A stretch of DNA of 64,000 nt, from positions 31,622,819-31,686,818 of the forward strand of contig NC_068993.1 in assembly GCF_001194135.2 (NCBI RefSeq), given 5' to 3'. Positions 39,540 through 53,150 of the stretch are shown piece after piece. A program made the translations under genes and the position numbers. The notes beneath the pieces are model-generated. The model ran no database searches and was not told the DNA's origin. It was given only the letters and a program-made list of their open reading frames with translations. Numbering within the stretch: the stretch's first letter is position 1; the number at the start of each line of letters is the position of its first letter. The DNA is from Octopus bimaculoides (taxonomy: Eukaryota).

Positions 39540-40306
39540 CTAAGTTGAAATGAATAGCGAAGCCAGAAGAACAGAATAAAGGGAACAAATGATTGAAGCA
39601 ATAAAACGGTCAAGAAGTAAGGAAGAGAATACTGAGGTGAAATATGTGTGAGTGGGAGTCGTATAGAGCTATAGAAAAACTGAAGGGGGAAGAAAGAGGA
39701 GGGAGATAGGAGAGGATAGTTGCTGTCGTTAAGGGGAAAGAATAATTGTGAATATTTAACTGAGATGGTGCAGAGAAAGACTAGCTGACCAGAAGGTATT
39801 GATTTATTGCGGCTAACTGCGCTGGTACTACTGACAATTGGTCTACATCATAGTACATATAGACACCTGCACACCCACGAACATACACACCCACTCTTCA
39901 CACCTGTGGTATTAGCATGCATATATAAGCTTGCGGACACATGCACACACATGCACACACTCAAACACATGCTTATATGCCATGGCTGAGCGCGCGTGAA
40001 TAGCATGAGTGTAGCACTCCTTTGCATGTAATTATACGCAAATATGTTTGAGTGCTCAAAGGCGCACGCAGCCATAGCTATAAGGCGCCATATGCATACG
40101 CGCACTCATCTACGCATATAACTACGCACATACCCCCATATACAAAAGGTTAGGGTGCAAGTATATACGCGGACCTACGAAAAGAAAAGAGAAACGAAGC
40201 AAAAAGAAAAAAGGAAAAGGAAAAGATAAAAATGTTTTCAAATAAGAAGAAAAAGGGGAAAATAGGGGAAACAGGGGAAAAATGAATATATAATGGGGGT
40301 ATGCTC

Positions 40307-40348
<42 letters not shown>

Positions 40349-40384
40349 GTGTGTGCGTGTGCGCGCGCGTGATGTCGTGTGACC

Positions 40385-40620
40385 TAGTGCTTAGGTTGTA
40401 GATTGTTGCACTCACGATCGGTAGATCGTGGCTTCAATTCCCTGACTGAGCGGTGCGTCGTGTTCTTGAACAAAACATGTCATTTCACGTTGCTCCGTTT
40501 CCCCTTTCAATCAAAAGGTAATGTCGGCCTACTCGCCTGGCCAGCGAGGATGGTGTCATTTGCAAAAGCATATTGTGACCAGTGATGTGTAAAAATATCT
40601 GATAGCCTGGTGGGTCACGT
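40385..40620 (+). mobile_element. diverged tRNA-derived SINE (further family)
   Basis: tRNA-like head with GCTTCAATTCC B-box-like motif, then GTGTTCTTGAACAAAACA..CATTTCACGTTGCTCC core-like block. Confidence 0.55.
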
Positions 40621-40689
40621 GACATATGGGCGCTGACACGTGCATAATATATACATATATATATATTATCTATAGGGGAAGAATTAAAA

Positions 40690-41822
40690 AAAAAGACAAA
40701 TGACGAAGATATGTGGTGTAGACAACAAACAGATGTATTAGTTTAACGATCAGGAAGTGAAAAATTCTTTAACGTTTCGAGCCTACGCTCTTCCACAGAA
40801 AGGAACACAGAAAGAAATAAGGAGAGAAAATAAAGAATGTGTGGTGGCTAGCGATCTATCATGGCGAATGCCGGACAGAGGGGTCACACAGGAGAACTAG
40901 GAAGAAGGGAAGATAATAAAGTAGTGGTGATCCCAAAACGAATGTGCGCGTGAGTGCATATAAGAGTGCATATGTGTGCGTGTGGAAAAGGGTTGGTGAC
41001 CTTGATATGTCCGTGTGTGTATGTGTAGGTGTGTGGATCATGGTGTGGGCTTGGAAGTGGTCAGTGCTAGTGTGTGCGTGGTGGTGTGATGTGATATGGT
41101 GTTGTGAGGTATGGTGTGGTGGTGTGGGGTGTTGTGTGGTGGTGGTGGTGTTGGGATGTGGGGGAGGCGAGAGTGGGGAAAGCAAGTGAGGCGTGAGGTT
41201 ACGAGGGAGGGTTGATGATGAAGGGAGAGGGAAAGGGAGAAGGTTGGTAGGAGTGAAGAGAAGAGAGAAGGAGTGTAGGAGTGATGAGAAGTAGGAGTCG
41301 GAGCAAGAGAACTGGGTGGGAGGAAATAGGTGTGAGAGGGAGAGAGAAGAGGGGAGGAGGGTTAAATTAAGAGGGCTAGAGAGTTGAGCCCATATGGAGC
41401 AAAAGTGCGAAGAGAGAAGATTAATCTCTGTTCACGACGAAAACGGGAGTCCAGAAGGCCCCTGTGCAAGGACAATCCGAGCACAGGCAGGTGTTGCAAA
41501 GAGTGATCGGTAGAACGGAAATGGCACGAGACCGGGCTAGTCAGCCAAACAGCGTCCCGTTTGCCCGATATATAAAAAAGGGCAGAGAGCGCAGGAGATG
41601 CAGTAGTTGACATTGGTAGAAGAGTAGGTGAAGGAGTCGGTGATATGATAGGGTCGATGCTGGGTGCCGGTAAAGAGGGTGGTCTTGGAGTGGTACGGGC
41701 AAGTGCGGAAGCGTGGGTGGGAGCAGGGCAACGAGCCGGGTTGGGAGGTTGGGTTAGGGAAGAAGCTGTGGATCAAGAGGTCTCGTGGTTATGGGCTCGT
41801 TTGAAGGAAGATAGAGCGGTCG
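40690..41822 (-). mobile_element. Penelope-like element 3' part, family P2 (Cys/His linker + GIY-YIG + tail with HHR-like motif)
   Basis: CSHPRFRTCPY...NVNYCISCALCPFLYIGQTGRCLAD / PVSCHFRSTDHSLQHL..LGL..REQRLIFSLRTFAPYGLN. Confidence 0.92.
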
Positions 41823-41915
41823 GACTGGAAACTGCGCTTGCGCGGTGAACTTGAAAGGTTATAATATATAATGATGTGGCACGTGTCTCTAAACTATATG
41901 TTAATTGTTATGGCG

Positions 41916-41988
41916 CGGTCAATGATGAGAATTTCGCCTAGCAAATTATTTTACTTGCTAAATAAAATTCGAAATCTAGGCATGACTG
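41916..41988 (+). ncRNA. mutated type I hammerhead (copy 1 of the 466-nt unit)
   Basis: CGGTCA-ATGATGA-GAATTT..AAATTC-GAAA-TCTAGG-CA-TGACTG; C3 and U16.1 are mutated. Confidence 0.7.
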
Positions 41989-42381
41989 TAAAAATAATAA
42001 CAAGGTAAAAGATTTTATTTTTCATTCCCTTCGAAATTACTCTTAAATGTGGTTTTGGTCGTTTTGACTGGTTCTTCTAGCGTGTAAAGCTACCTGTTAA
42101 AGGTTGCTTTTCCTGGGCTTAAATGTACACTATTTTATATTGAAAATATGTTGTCAATTGACTTTTTATACGTGTAAGGCCATTGGTAGTGAAATTCCTA
42201 AAACCCGCTACCCTACATATTTTACGTATATGATTTTTAGCATTTTCAGAAGATTAGTGCGGCATTTTTTCATTTGCTGCTGACTGAAAACTGCGCTTGC
42301 GCGGTGAATTTGAAAAATTATAATATATAATGATGAGACACGTGTTATTTGTCTCTAAATTATATGCTAATTGTTATGGAG

Positions 42382-42454
42382 CAGTCACTGATGAGAATTT
42401 CGCCTAGCAAATTATTTTATTAGCTAAATAAAATTCGAAATCTAGGTCTGACTG
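42382..42454 (+). ncRNA. canonical type I hammerhead ribozyme motif
   Basis: Stem I CAGTCA/TGACTG; CTGATGA 42388-94; stem II GAATTT/AAATTC (G10.1-C11.1) with a TAGC/GCTA hairpin extension; GAAA 42437-40; stem III A-TCTAGG-T; GUC triplet ending at 42448. Confidence 0.9.
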
Positions 42455-43066
42455 TAAAAGAATAGTAAGGTAAAAGTTTTTATTTTACATTCCCTTCGAA
42501 ATTGCTCTTAAATGTGGTTTTGATCGTTTTCATTGCTTCTTCTAGCGTATAAAAACTATTTAAATGNNNNNNNNNNNNNNNNNNNNNNNNNNNNNNNNNN
42601 NNNNNNNNNNNNNNNNNNNNNNNNNNNNNNNNNNNNNNNNNNNNNNNNNNNNNNNNNNNNNNNNNNNNNNNNNNNNNNNNNNNNNNNNNNNNNNNNNNNN
42701 NNNNNNNNNNNNNNNNNNNNNTATATAAACATATATACATGTATATATATGTATGTATGTATGTATGTATATGTATATGAAGGATATTTGAACTTTTTTA
42801 TTATATAAAAATTGTAACACATGTCTTTGAGTACACGCATATACACCCGCAGACACTTGTCTCTCTATGCTTGTAAAAATAAACAATTTATAACTGCAGT
42901 GAGATATATTTTCCTGAAAATTTTACTGTTGGTCCCAAGGGCTCGATGGATTTTGACATTAGTATATTTAATTATATCGCATGTAGAGTTAGATTAACAC
43001 ATAAATGAAGTGACTCAGGAAAACAAACTGTGCTATGTCGAAACATAGTAATTATATAGCCAGAAT

Positions 43067-43225
<159 letters not shown>

Positions 43226-43879
43226 TAGCTGGCTAATTCGCAATTTTACAACCTGAAGGCAGAAATATATATGACACTAATGTGACGAAGGTCACTAATC
43301 GGTACTAGTATTGCTAGAAATAAGAGTCAAAACAACTCAAAAGCCACAGACTCACTATCTTAATGACTGACAAGCTCCCTACAGCAGCAGATATATCCAG
43401 ATCATCGATTGGTTTTGCATTTTGATGCTTACGCATCATAATGTTCAGGGGTGGTTCTCACTGCGCCTAAAGCTAAACTCAGTTTGCCATGTCAGCTTAT
43501 AAGATTTCCGTTGAAATCATGAGCTGATTTCATGAAAGGTGAAAGTGAGAATTATTCATTCCAATGTAGAGATATCACCTTAATTATATTGTAAAAATAA
43601 AAGAAAGACTCTCGGTCTTTCTTTTTTTTTTTGTATGAGTGTGAAAGGATATGTGAATGGGTGTGTGTATGTGTGAGTGTGTACACGCATGTTTATGTAT
43701 GTATATGATAATGTGTGCGTAGACGCGTATGTGTGCGCATGCGAGTATCTGCGCCTGTGTGCTCATGTGAACTAAGTCTAAACCCTTTAGCATTCAGATT
43801 ACTGTGTTAAATGGTCATATATGAGAGGTTATATCTGGCTGGTTTGAACATAGAACGGTTTGAATATCTGAGCCCGTTT

Positions 43880-44145
43880 TGGCCGGTTTAAATGCTTAAA
43901 TGTTAAACGAGCTCATTATAAACAAGTGGAGAAGTAGGAAGTATTCCAAGTGTATCAGACGCCTAAAAATACATGCAGGTCAATGTCGAATGATCGAAAA
44001 GACTAGAGGCAGAATTTCTTGTTTATTTCAAGTGTTTCGGACAGGATGGACCTTGCTAGAGTCACTGAATTAACAATCGGTGAGACAAGTAGCTACTTTT
44101 TGACCACAACCGATTACACGTAATATGGCTTCTACTAAATTCTGG
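43880..44145 (+). repeat. unclassified interspersed repeat (paralog of 37663-37926)
   Basis: Shares the blocks listed for 37663-37926. Confidence 0.75.
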
Positions 44146-44183
44146 TAACCTCTGATTTTAATTCATCAGACAACCAGCATTAC

Positions 44184-44290
44184 CTTTACATACGGATAAA
44201 TTTGGATATATCGATATATCCACTCATCTTCATCGATTTGATCCTCATCGTTATCCAAGGTCTTTTTGCTGAACTCGTACATACAATCAA
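44184..44290 (-). CDS. probable 107-nt internal coding exon, unidentified protein with an acidic EF-hand-like loop
   Basis: tttttatgcAG acceptor, AAG|GTAATG donor, phase 1 to 0, open frame DCMYEFSKKTLDNDEDQIDEDEWIYRYIQIYPYVK in unique non-repetitive sequence. Confidence 0.55.
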
Positions 44291-44774
44291 CTGCATAAAA
44301 AGTAGGATATTTAAATTCTGATCAAAGCGCATACTTCCTGCGGCTTGGAAGATGCACAAATGTCATTTGCAAATTTGAATCCGGTATCCCGTGTATTCAT
44401 TCATTTAATTGTTCGATAGATGAAAGGTAACAAATAATTCTGTAAATAAATGCTCCGTTTTTTCATCATTTATGGTATGATGAACCTAAATTATCCCTTA
44501 CCTAGTCAATGCCACTGAGCTATGTGAACTGTTGGAATTAAAAAAGTTACGCAACATTGTTTATCATATTTGGCTTTTACTGGTAATTACATTATGCGAA
44601 AACATGAATCAGAAGCATAAACATCAATGCCTACACATGCAACGTGCATACATACAAACTTGGCTATTCATTACACACTCACACACAGACACACATATGT
44701 TTGAAAGTAGATATTCTAATTAATAGAATGTCAGTGAAGCAGCATATTTCTGCTGTAATGCAGAGTGTATCGTA

Positions 44775-44945
44775 CCTGTAGCTTAAAGGGCCAGCCTTGT
44801 CACATTCTGTGTCACAATGAATTTCCATGTATACTATGTTGAGGGTACGCATGTCTGTAGAGTGCTCAGACACTTGCACGTTGACTTCACGATCAGGCTG
44901 TTTCGCTGATCGACTCAGCTGGAACACTCGTCGTCGTAGCCGACG
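44775..44945 (+). mobile_element. SINE family C 3' half (diverged)
   Basis: AAAGGGCCAGCCTTGTCACA...GAGTGCTCAGACACTTGCACGTT..TTCACGA.CAGGCTGTT. Confidence 0.8.
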
Positions 44946-46837
44946 GAGGGCTAGGTAGCGTGTGTTGTTTTCTTGGTGTATAAGTTGGTTAGATGAACGA
45001 GTTCATTTGCCTTTAAATAGATACCATGACATAAACGACATAAATCCTCACAATAAAAAGTAACAGCACTGTGAAAGTTAGGAATTTCATTGGCTTCCAA
45101 TATTAACATTGAAAAAATACAGTGGATCCATACACACACACACACGCACACACACACACACACACATGTGTGTGTGTGCGTATATGTACACACACACATA
45201 CATACATACATACATACATACATGCATACATAATACATTAGCTCTTCGTATAGCTGAAAAGTGTTAAAAACCAGATACTAAAGTGTATTACAGCTATTCA
45301 TAAAACGCAGTTGATATATTAGAAAAGGAAAAAATGAAACCCTTCTCAAACGTGCAAATTGTTGTGTAACTTCAGAAGACTAATGTAATTTTCGCTAATT
45401 CTATGGAAATGAAGCTACATAACGAATCGTTGTAATAATTTACAAAATACAACAAACGAATGGATAGGGGAAAATATCATATTTTGATACAATGTTTGGG
45501 GAATAAAGCGTAGAAGCTGCATTAAGTGTAGCATATGGTGATTAATTCAGTGATGAGATGTTTTACACTAGTAATAAGGTAGTTGCTGATCTACTAGAGA
45601 TAGCAGCAAAGTTTGTTTCAAATCTTACATTATTGTTTTAGGTAAAGATAGCAAAGTGGGGAATGTAATTCCTATAATACAAAACAAAGAAAATTAACGA
45701 AATGATCACTTTCAACAGGTTTATTTCATTGGAACCGACTAAAGACTAAACAAAAGCAACAATATTGTCGGATACTACAGCCAAATTATTGCCTAATCGG
45801 GGAAAGAAACACGAAATCATTGGCCAAAATTCAGAGTCAGTGTGAGGCAGAATGAGAGAAAAAAAACTTTAAAATAGTATGCCATGATGCTTGGTTACAC
45901 TCAAAACGACATCATTTTTTACTAAATCCATTTTATTAAACATTGTTTCTGTCTACACTCCGACACTACTTGTCTTTTGTGCAGTATCCCAGTAATCTTC
46001 GTTAAGTCATAATATCTGTAAGCCGAGTGGAGCAGCTTTCTTATTTACCCCGTTGACCACAGGATATTTGTGAGTTTTATCTTCCTGTTAGATTCCAGTA
46101 ATATCCACTTGCAAAGTGAGATGGGTTTTGTTATGTTTGTGCACCTTTAAACAAATGAGCGTTGGAGGTAGTGAGGCCAACCTAAAAATTTTGGCGAAAA
46201 CGCGGATGTTTTCACTAGATAGAAGCTACGTGTCACCCCTCCTATCCTACTTCACTCTGTAGATGGGTGGAATGAAACACACTAGACCAGTGACACTAGT
46301 CAAGCCGCCCTTCCCTTCTTCCGACAAAGAATGTTTACTAGTTCTATTTACGCAACTAGACAATAAGTATGTTTACTAAACACTTGCACTGAAGTATATT
46401 TGAACACATCTCTATACATACACACATGCATAGACATGTATATATGTATGTAAACATATATCTACTCATGGGCACACATATGCACATACCATGCACATAC
46501 ACAGATACACACACAAACACGCACACACACACACAAACACACACACACACTTATTCTCAATAGATATACCGGCAAACAGATGTATATACATATTTGCACG
46601 CACTTATGCGAGTGTACATAGGTATGGGAACATCAAAACATAAACAGCAATATTTTCACCTATTTGTTTTATTAAATTCACTATATTTCCTATCCATATA
46701 TAATATTTATACTATGGTGAGTTGCAAATCGACAAAACCATGGCCATTAACTAAAACCTAATAGGAATTCGATATTTATAGCGAAGTGGCAAATATGTAG
46801 TTTACACTATTTACACCCAAGTATGGAAGTATCAGTT

Positions 46838-46853
46838 TATTATTATTATTATT

Positions 46854-46893
<40 letters not shown>

Positions 46894-46992
46894 TTGTTGT
46901 TGTTAATATCATTATTTTTGTAGTTGTTGTTATTATTATCATTATTATCAGCAACATCATCATCATCATCATAATAATAATAATAATAATCT
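46838..46992. repeat. compound trinucleotide microsatellite (TTA/TTG/TCA/TAA)
   Basis: Directly visible. Confidence 0.9.
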
Positions 46993-47589
46993 ACAAATAA
47001 ATGCGTTACATCGGTTTCGATGTGTTTCTGTATATTTTCATCAGGTGTTAACAATATCTGCACGTTTGTGTGAATATGTAATATTAAATACATCTCCCCA
47101 CATACTGCATGGCGAGGAGTGTACACGTAAAGCAATTAGATGAGGAAATTTAAAAACCGGAAGTCCTTTCTGGTTACTATCTTTTACAAGGCAATTTAAT
47201 TTACTTTGGCGTAAATGCTGTAGGAATTTCATAATATAATTTAAAAACACAGATAAAAATGTGCGCAGACATGAGTAGACACATTACACTCAGTTACACG
47301 CGAGTACACGTACATACATGTACACATAACAGATAATGCTATTATGAATTTTTTATGGACAAAACTTGCGAAATAAGAGCCAAAAGATTAAATTGTGAAA
47401 TGAAGTGTCGATTGAACAAGGAAAATATTTTTTTCTTTTGTAAATTCAATAATTTGATAGTCACTTTAAATGAATAATTACGTGAAGTAGGAAATGCCAA
47501 TTATCTGGCTAGCCAGCAACATATTTATCTACCTAGCTTGCTGCAATATGCTTGTAAATAAAACAGCAATATATATATATATATATATA

Positions 47590-48485
47590 TATGTATANNN
47601 NNNNNNNTATATATGTATACAAATAATAAATGAATATATGCATATATACGTACATGTATGTACATACCTACATTACTTGTATATATAGATGCATATCTGG
47701 GTACAGGACGTTGCAAACAAAACGTAGACAAAATGATAAACAGAGTACAGAAAACACACAGGCCACATAGAGAACATTTCCTTCATCAGCTGCCACCATT
47801 CTAAAACTAAGCGTTTCGAAGAGTAGGGCAGGACGCATCGTTAGAATGGCTCTTCCCACGAACCACAAATTAAATTTGTACCATGGTGGAATGTAGTGGC
47901 GGACAAAAAAACAAGACAGGAAAACGAAACAGTGAATATAAACAAAAAAGGCTATACGGCCAGACGTGAAAAAATATGTGTATACTGAACGCCGCGAAGC
48001 AACGAACTGGAAGGAAGCGGGACGAAGAATGTTCGTGTGCGTGCTTGGTGATAGCCAAGATAAGAAAGGAAGTAGGGCTGGACACATGTGACCAGCGAGG
48101 GGTAAGGAGAAAGAGTGGCAGAGGGAGATAAAAGTGTAGGAAGTAGAATATAGGTGAGCAACGAGAGACAGAGAGAAAGAGAGATATATAGTAGTAACAG
48201 AAGGAAGAACGAGAGGGGGGAAAAGATACACAGATAGATAGAGTCGCGTCAGAAATATAAAGTTCAAAACTTACTTGCAGGGACGACGCGTGCGTTCGAT
48301 CATGTGATACAAATAATAAATGAGTATGTGCATATATACGTACAAGTATGTACATACCTACATCTACCTGTATATATAGATGCATATCTGGGTACAGGAC
48401 GTTGCAAACAAAACGTAGACAAAATGATAACCAAAGTACAGAAAACACACAGGCCACATAGAAAACATTTCCTTCATCAGCTGAT
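47590..48485 (-). mobile_element. non-coding element bounded by about 185-bp direct repeats (PLE-tail/pLTR-like)
   Basis: 47600-47790 aligns with 48305-48483; purine-rich spacer resembles PLE 3' tails; each repeat begins CAGCTGATGAAGG on the minus strand. Confidence 0.6.
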
Positions 48486-49145
48486 ATATATGTGTGTGTG
48501 TGCATGTATATATATCAGTGGGAACTCCGGCACTCGAGCGGTTCGGGCTTAGTCCGAGTATAAATTTAGTAAAGTGAACGTGTATCTACAAGCTGATTTA
48601 ATTTCTGCTAACACTGACTTCAAGTTTGTAATTGCATCCAATAACTTGCGCTCTTTTTATTGAGCCTCATCGCAGTTCATTAACTTTCGTTCACCGTCTT
48701 GCGGTCGTCTTAAAGTTGCCCTGTGTCAAAAAATATCATTCATAGCAGATGTTCTCTCAATATCGTTGACCTGCGCCTGACTCGGTCTCAGAGCTTATAA
48801 CCCGAATTGTTATAGGTAATCGTAAAAATTAAAAGTAATTCAAACTCAATATTTTCTTGACAATGAATTTCTATAGAGATTAGGATTTAAATTCCAATCT
48901 ATGAAATGTTTCCGTTCTACAATATTTTTATAGGAACGAAAAATTATCCAGTAACTCGGACTAATACGAACGAGCCTAGTAGGTGTAAAATAACTGACAT
49001 CTCATGTCAAGAGCAGGGGCGACAGTCAATTGCTGATGTTTGTTGTGCACTTTGCTGTCGTTACTTGATTGTTGTTATTCTGTGCGTATGTATGTAAAGA
49101 TCAGTTGTGTTTTGCGGGGTTGTTTTATTTTTACCCTTAACTTAC

Positions 49146-49191
49146 AAATGGAGAAAGACAGTACTTGATATAAAAAATAATCCATTTGGGC
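49146..49191 (-). CDS. candidate 46-nt exon
   Basis: tttttttcgcaatatttctAG acceptor, TTT|GTAAGT donor; phase 0 to 1 frame AQMDYFLYQVLSFSI is compatible with the 44290 exon. Confidence 0.3.
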
Positions 49192-49572
49192 CTAGAAATA
49201 TTGCGAAAAAAACGTGAAATTCTTCGAGCAGGCATGTGTCATGNNNNNNNNNNNNNNNNNNNNNNNNNNNNNNNNNNNNNNNNNNNNNNNNNNNNNNNNN
49301 NNNNNNNNNNNNNNNNNNNNNNNNNNNNNNNNNNNNNNNNNNNNNNNNNNNNNNNNNNNNNNNNNNNNNNNNNNNNNNNNNNNNNNNNNNNNNNNNNNNN
49401 NNNNNNNNNNNNNNNNNNNNNNNNNNNNNNNNNNNNNNNNNNNNNNNNNNNNNNNNNNNNNNNNNNNNNNNNNNNNNNNNNNNNNNNNNNNNNNNNNNNN
49501 NNNNNNNNNNNNNNNNNNNNNNNNNNNNNNNNNNNNNNNNNNNNNNNNNNNNNNNNNNNNNNNNNNNNNNNN

Positions 49573-49608
<36 letters not shown>

Positions 49609-50489
49609 ACAGGAAGGACAACAAAAGAAAGAAAGAAACCTCGATAGCATGCAAATAGAGGAATTGATCTGTTAAATATGTGACACTTATTCAGGAGTCA
49701 GGATTTATTTCGTCACTATATTTCTCAACATTGGAATACTTCATAAAAATATACGTAAATATAAATACGTAGATACAATATAAATTATAAAACCTAAATA
49801 TACTCGCATGATATTCTTATCAGTACGCCTTTAACAATCCTATTAATAACACTTCGGAGATGATTAGCATGCATGTATTGACTAGTTTTGTTGGGTTTAT
49901 GAAAAGGATAATATAAGCCATTATTTAGATTTAGAGTTACATCAAGAAAACTGACTGCTTTAAAAATATTTTCAAATATTACATCTAGGTTATATGTCTT
50001 AAGTAAACATTTTCTTGTTCTGTACTTTACCAGATGTAATAAGTTGTCCTGAACTCTTCCAAGTGTAATAATTTGTCCTGTAATTTTCCAGGTTTATAAT
50101 CTTAACAATATTATTTATCTTGCTCATATTTTTCCATGTAGTCCATGTTTATTCGAGTCAATGCTATAATGCTAATTAATAATATGTCAAATATGTCAAT
50201 TAGCGGTGTCGTTGATAATTATTTCGCTACCGCAATGACGCCGGTGACATATATTAAAAGTCCCCTTTATAGAATTATATTCATAAAAATGTATAGAACT
50301 ATATTATCAACCTCAAATTTGACAAACAGACACTCATAACTTTTTTCTTTGAAAACTTCATTCCATGAGATTGACACCATGGTATTCCTCGAATTGATCT
50401 CTATCATTTTAGCTTAATTAAAATATAGTCTGCTTTTGAAATAAGAATTATACTTAAATCAAATGTTTTGCCCTATATTTTTTTCGTGA

Positions 50490-50790
50490 TATTTTACGTC
50501 CAGGGAAACTGACGAAAAGGCTCTTGATTATTTATCAGAACAATGCTCCAGGACACAACTTCTTTTCAATGGCTATTGTGTGAGCGCGGCTTTGAACTGA
50601 TTGATCGCCTCCATATTCTCCTGATTTGGCCCCATCTTACTATCATCTGTTCCCCCAACATGAAAAGTCTTTTGACAGGGAACTAGTATCGCAGTGATGG
50701 TGTCATCTTTGCTGTTGAGGACTTTTTGACCAAGTTGAAAGCTTCTTCACAATTAGGATCGAAGCACCACTACAACACCCATGGAAAAAT
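50490..50790 (+). mobile_element. mariner (DD34D-type) transposase C-terminal relic
   Basis: Degenerate QNNAP...GFELID.PYSPDLAPSYYHLFPNMK...SDGVIFAVEDFLT. Confidence 0.8.
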
Positions 50791-51560
50791 GTGCAGCCCA
50801 TATACATCTGTTATTTCAGTTGAGTCATTAAGAACCATACAGACATCAAAAGTTCTTCAATATATTTTATTGAGACAGGTTAGAATTTCACTTTTGTTGG
50901 TTCGTAAATTTATCTCAAATTCAAATTCTTCTCAATTTATGAAACATAACTTTACATACTTGTGCTCGGGACATAATAACACAGTTATGATATTATTGAA
51001 TATCAAATTTCTTATCAATTGGCATATTTGTTATATTACAGAACCAACCGATAATTGCGTGGGATTTGAACTTGGTCCTGTATTTTAAATATGATCTTAT
51101 CAAGAATTACTCAAGTTTCACTATATTTAATTTCGTGTGATTATTAAAATTGAAACATGTCTATGGAATTCTGCATTGTGGTCTTTAAGCTTGTAAAGTT
51201 GTCTGCGGTTAAAAAATTCAGTACAATCATTTATGCAGGAATTAGAAGTTATTTCAATATTTGTTGTTAAGTTCATTAAGAGTGTTCTGATTTGTTTTCA
51301 GTAAGCATTTACCAATAACTTGAATATCAATGAAGAGTATGAATAACTGTCTAGTTGGAAATCTTCCTAATCTTGTATGAAAAGCAAAGAGCCAGAAGCT
51401 GGTGAAATTTCAGCTGAAGAAGGAGAAAAATCAATCATTCATGGAAGACACTCTTACTCTTAGTGGGAGGATATTATGATATGGGTGGGGTGAACCGCAG
51501 AGCTCAATACCAGATGAAAGACACGAAAACGTATACTCTGAGAAATAATTATCTACCTAA

Positions 51561-51735
51561 GGCAGCGCGCCGGCAGAATCGTTAGCACACCAGGCAAAAT
51601 GATTAACAGCATTTCATTCGTCCTTGCATTCTGAGTTCAGATTCCGTCAGGGTCGATTTTGCTTTTCTTCATTTCGGGGTTGAGCTCTTGGGTCGCTGCA
51701 ACCCAAACTTGCTGGCCTTGTGCCAAAATTTGAAA
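51561..51735 (+). mobile_element. SINE family A (diverged)
   Basis: GGCAGCGCGCCGGCAGAATCGTTAGCAC...CTGAGTTCAGATTCCGTC. Confidence 0.75.
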
Positions 51736-52899
51736 GCAATATTTGTCCATCTCAAATAAACGTTTACATAGATTCAAGAGCTACCAATGAGAAATGAGAA
51801 AATAGAGTCATCGAAGATTTTCACAAAATAAGAAGATAATCATCATGAGATTCGATCGACAATGCTAAACAAACAAGAACCATATGAATACCTGTGTGCT
51901 ATTGCCGCGTGTGTGCGTGTGTGCGTGTGTGCGCGCGTGCGTGTGTGCGCGCGTGCGTGTGTGCGCGCGTGCGTGTGTGTGCGCGTGCGTGTATGTGTGT
52001 GTTTTAATATGCATCAAAGATAAACTATGGAATGAGAGAAAACGATATGCAGTTTTCAAGAAACTGAAAATTTTTGTGCTTGTTACTCTCATTAAATATC
52101 GTAACAGGATTGTTTAGTAAAAAGACGAGAATATTAAATAAATGCAAATACAGAAGAATGAAGTCGCCTTTAATAAAACATTTATTCTGTGCGCATATTT
52201 TATATAAAGATAAACATGTACACATACATTAATAAATATGTATGATTTACGTTCATGTATATAATATTCAGATGTGCATATAAGCATATATAAATATATC
52301 TACAGGTACGCTTGTATGTCCGTGGCGAAATGTAAAAATGTAATAATAAATGTATATGCGTCTGCATATATATTTTCAGATAAATGGAAAAGGAATTATA
52401 TGGGCTAGGTTTGTAAACACCATAGTTTTTTGTTTCTGGAATAATAAACAATGGAGTTTAAATGATGTCAATATACATACACACACACACGCACACACGC
52501 ACAAAAACACAAAAAACACTAACACCCACCACCCCTCACACACACACACAAAGTGTTGACTGTAAATAATCGAAGAGTTTGAATGTTTTCATGTTGCCAT
52601 CACAAATATATAAATATATTCGTATGCATGCATGTGCTTTGCATATACATATATGCGTATAACGAATTGTATGCATATGCTTGAGCGCATATATATATAT
52701 ATATATATAGTTTTTTTCTGTGTGTGTGCGTAGGTGTATGGGCTTACGCATACCTGTATACGTACACAAATACATATATATAATTATATATATATACATA
52801 CACAGGCATTATAAATGTAAGTATGTATGTGTACATGTACACATAAGATACTTATGCATACGGACATTTCTATAATAAATCCGTACTTATACATCTATA

Positions 52900-53150
<251 letters not shown>

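Larger units (their letters stand above)
41823..42560 (+). repeat. HHR-containing tandem direct repeat (unit about 460-466 bp; second unit runs into a gap)
   Basis: 41823-42100 aligns with 42282-42560. Confidence 0.9.

Noticed and set aside
45900-46340. Possible RTE endonuclease/5' UTR relic
   Set aside because: Only a VDITGI-like motif; too decayed to support
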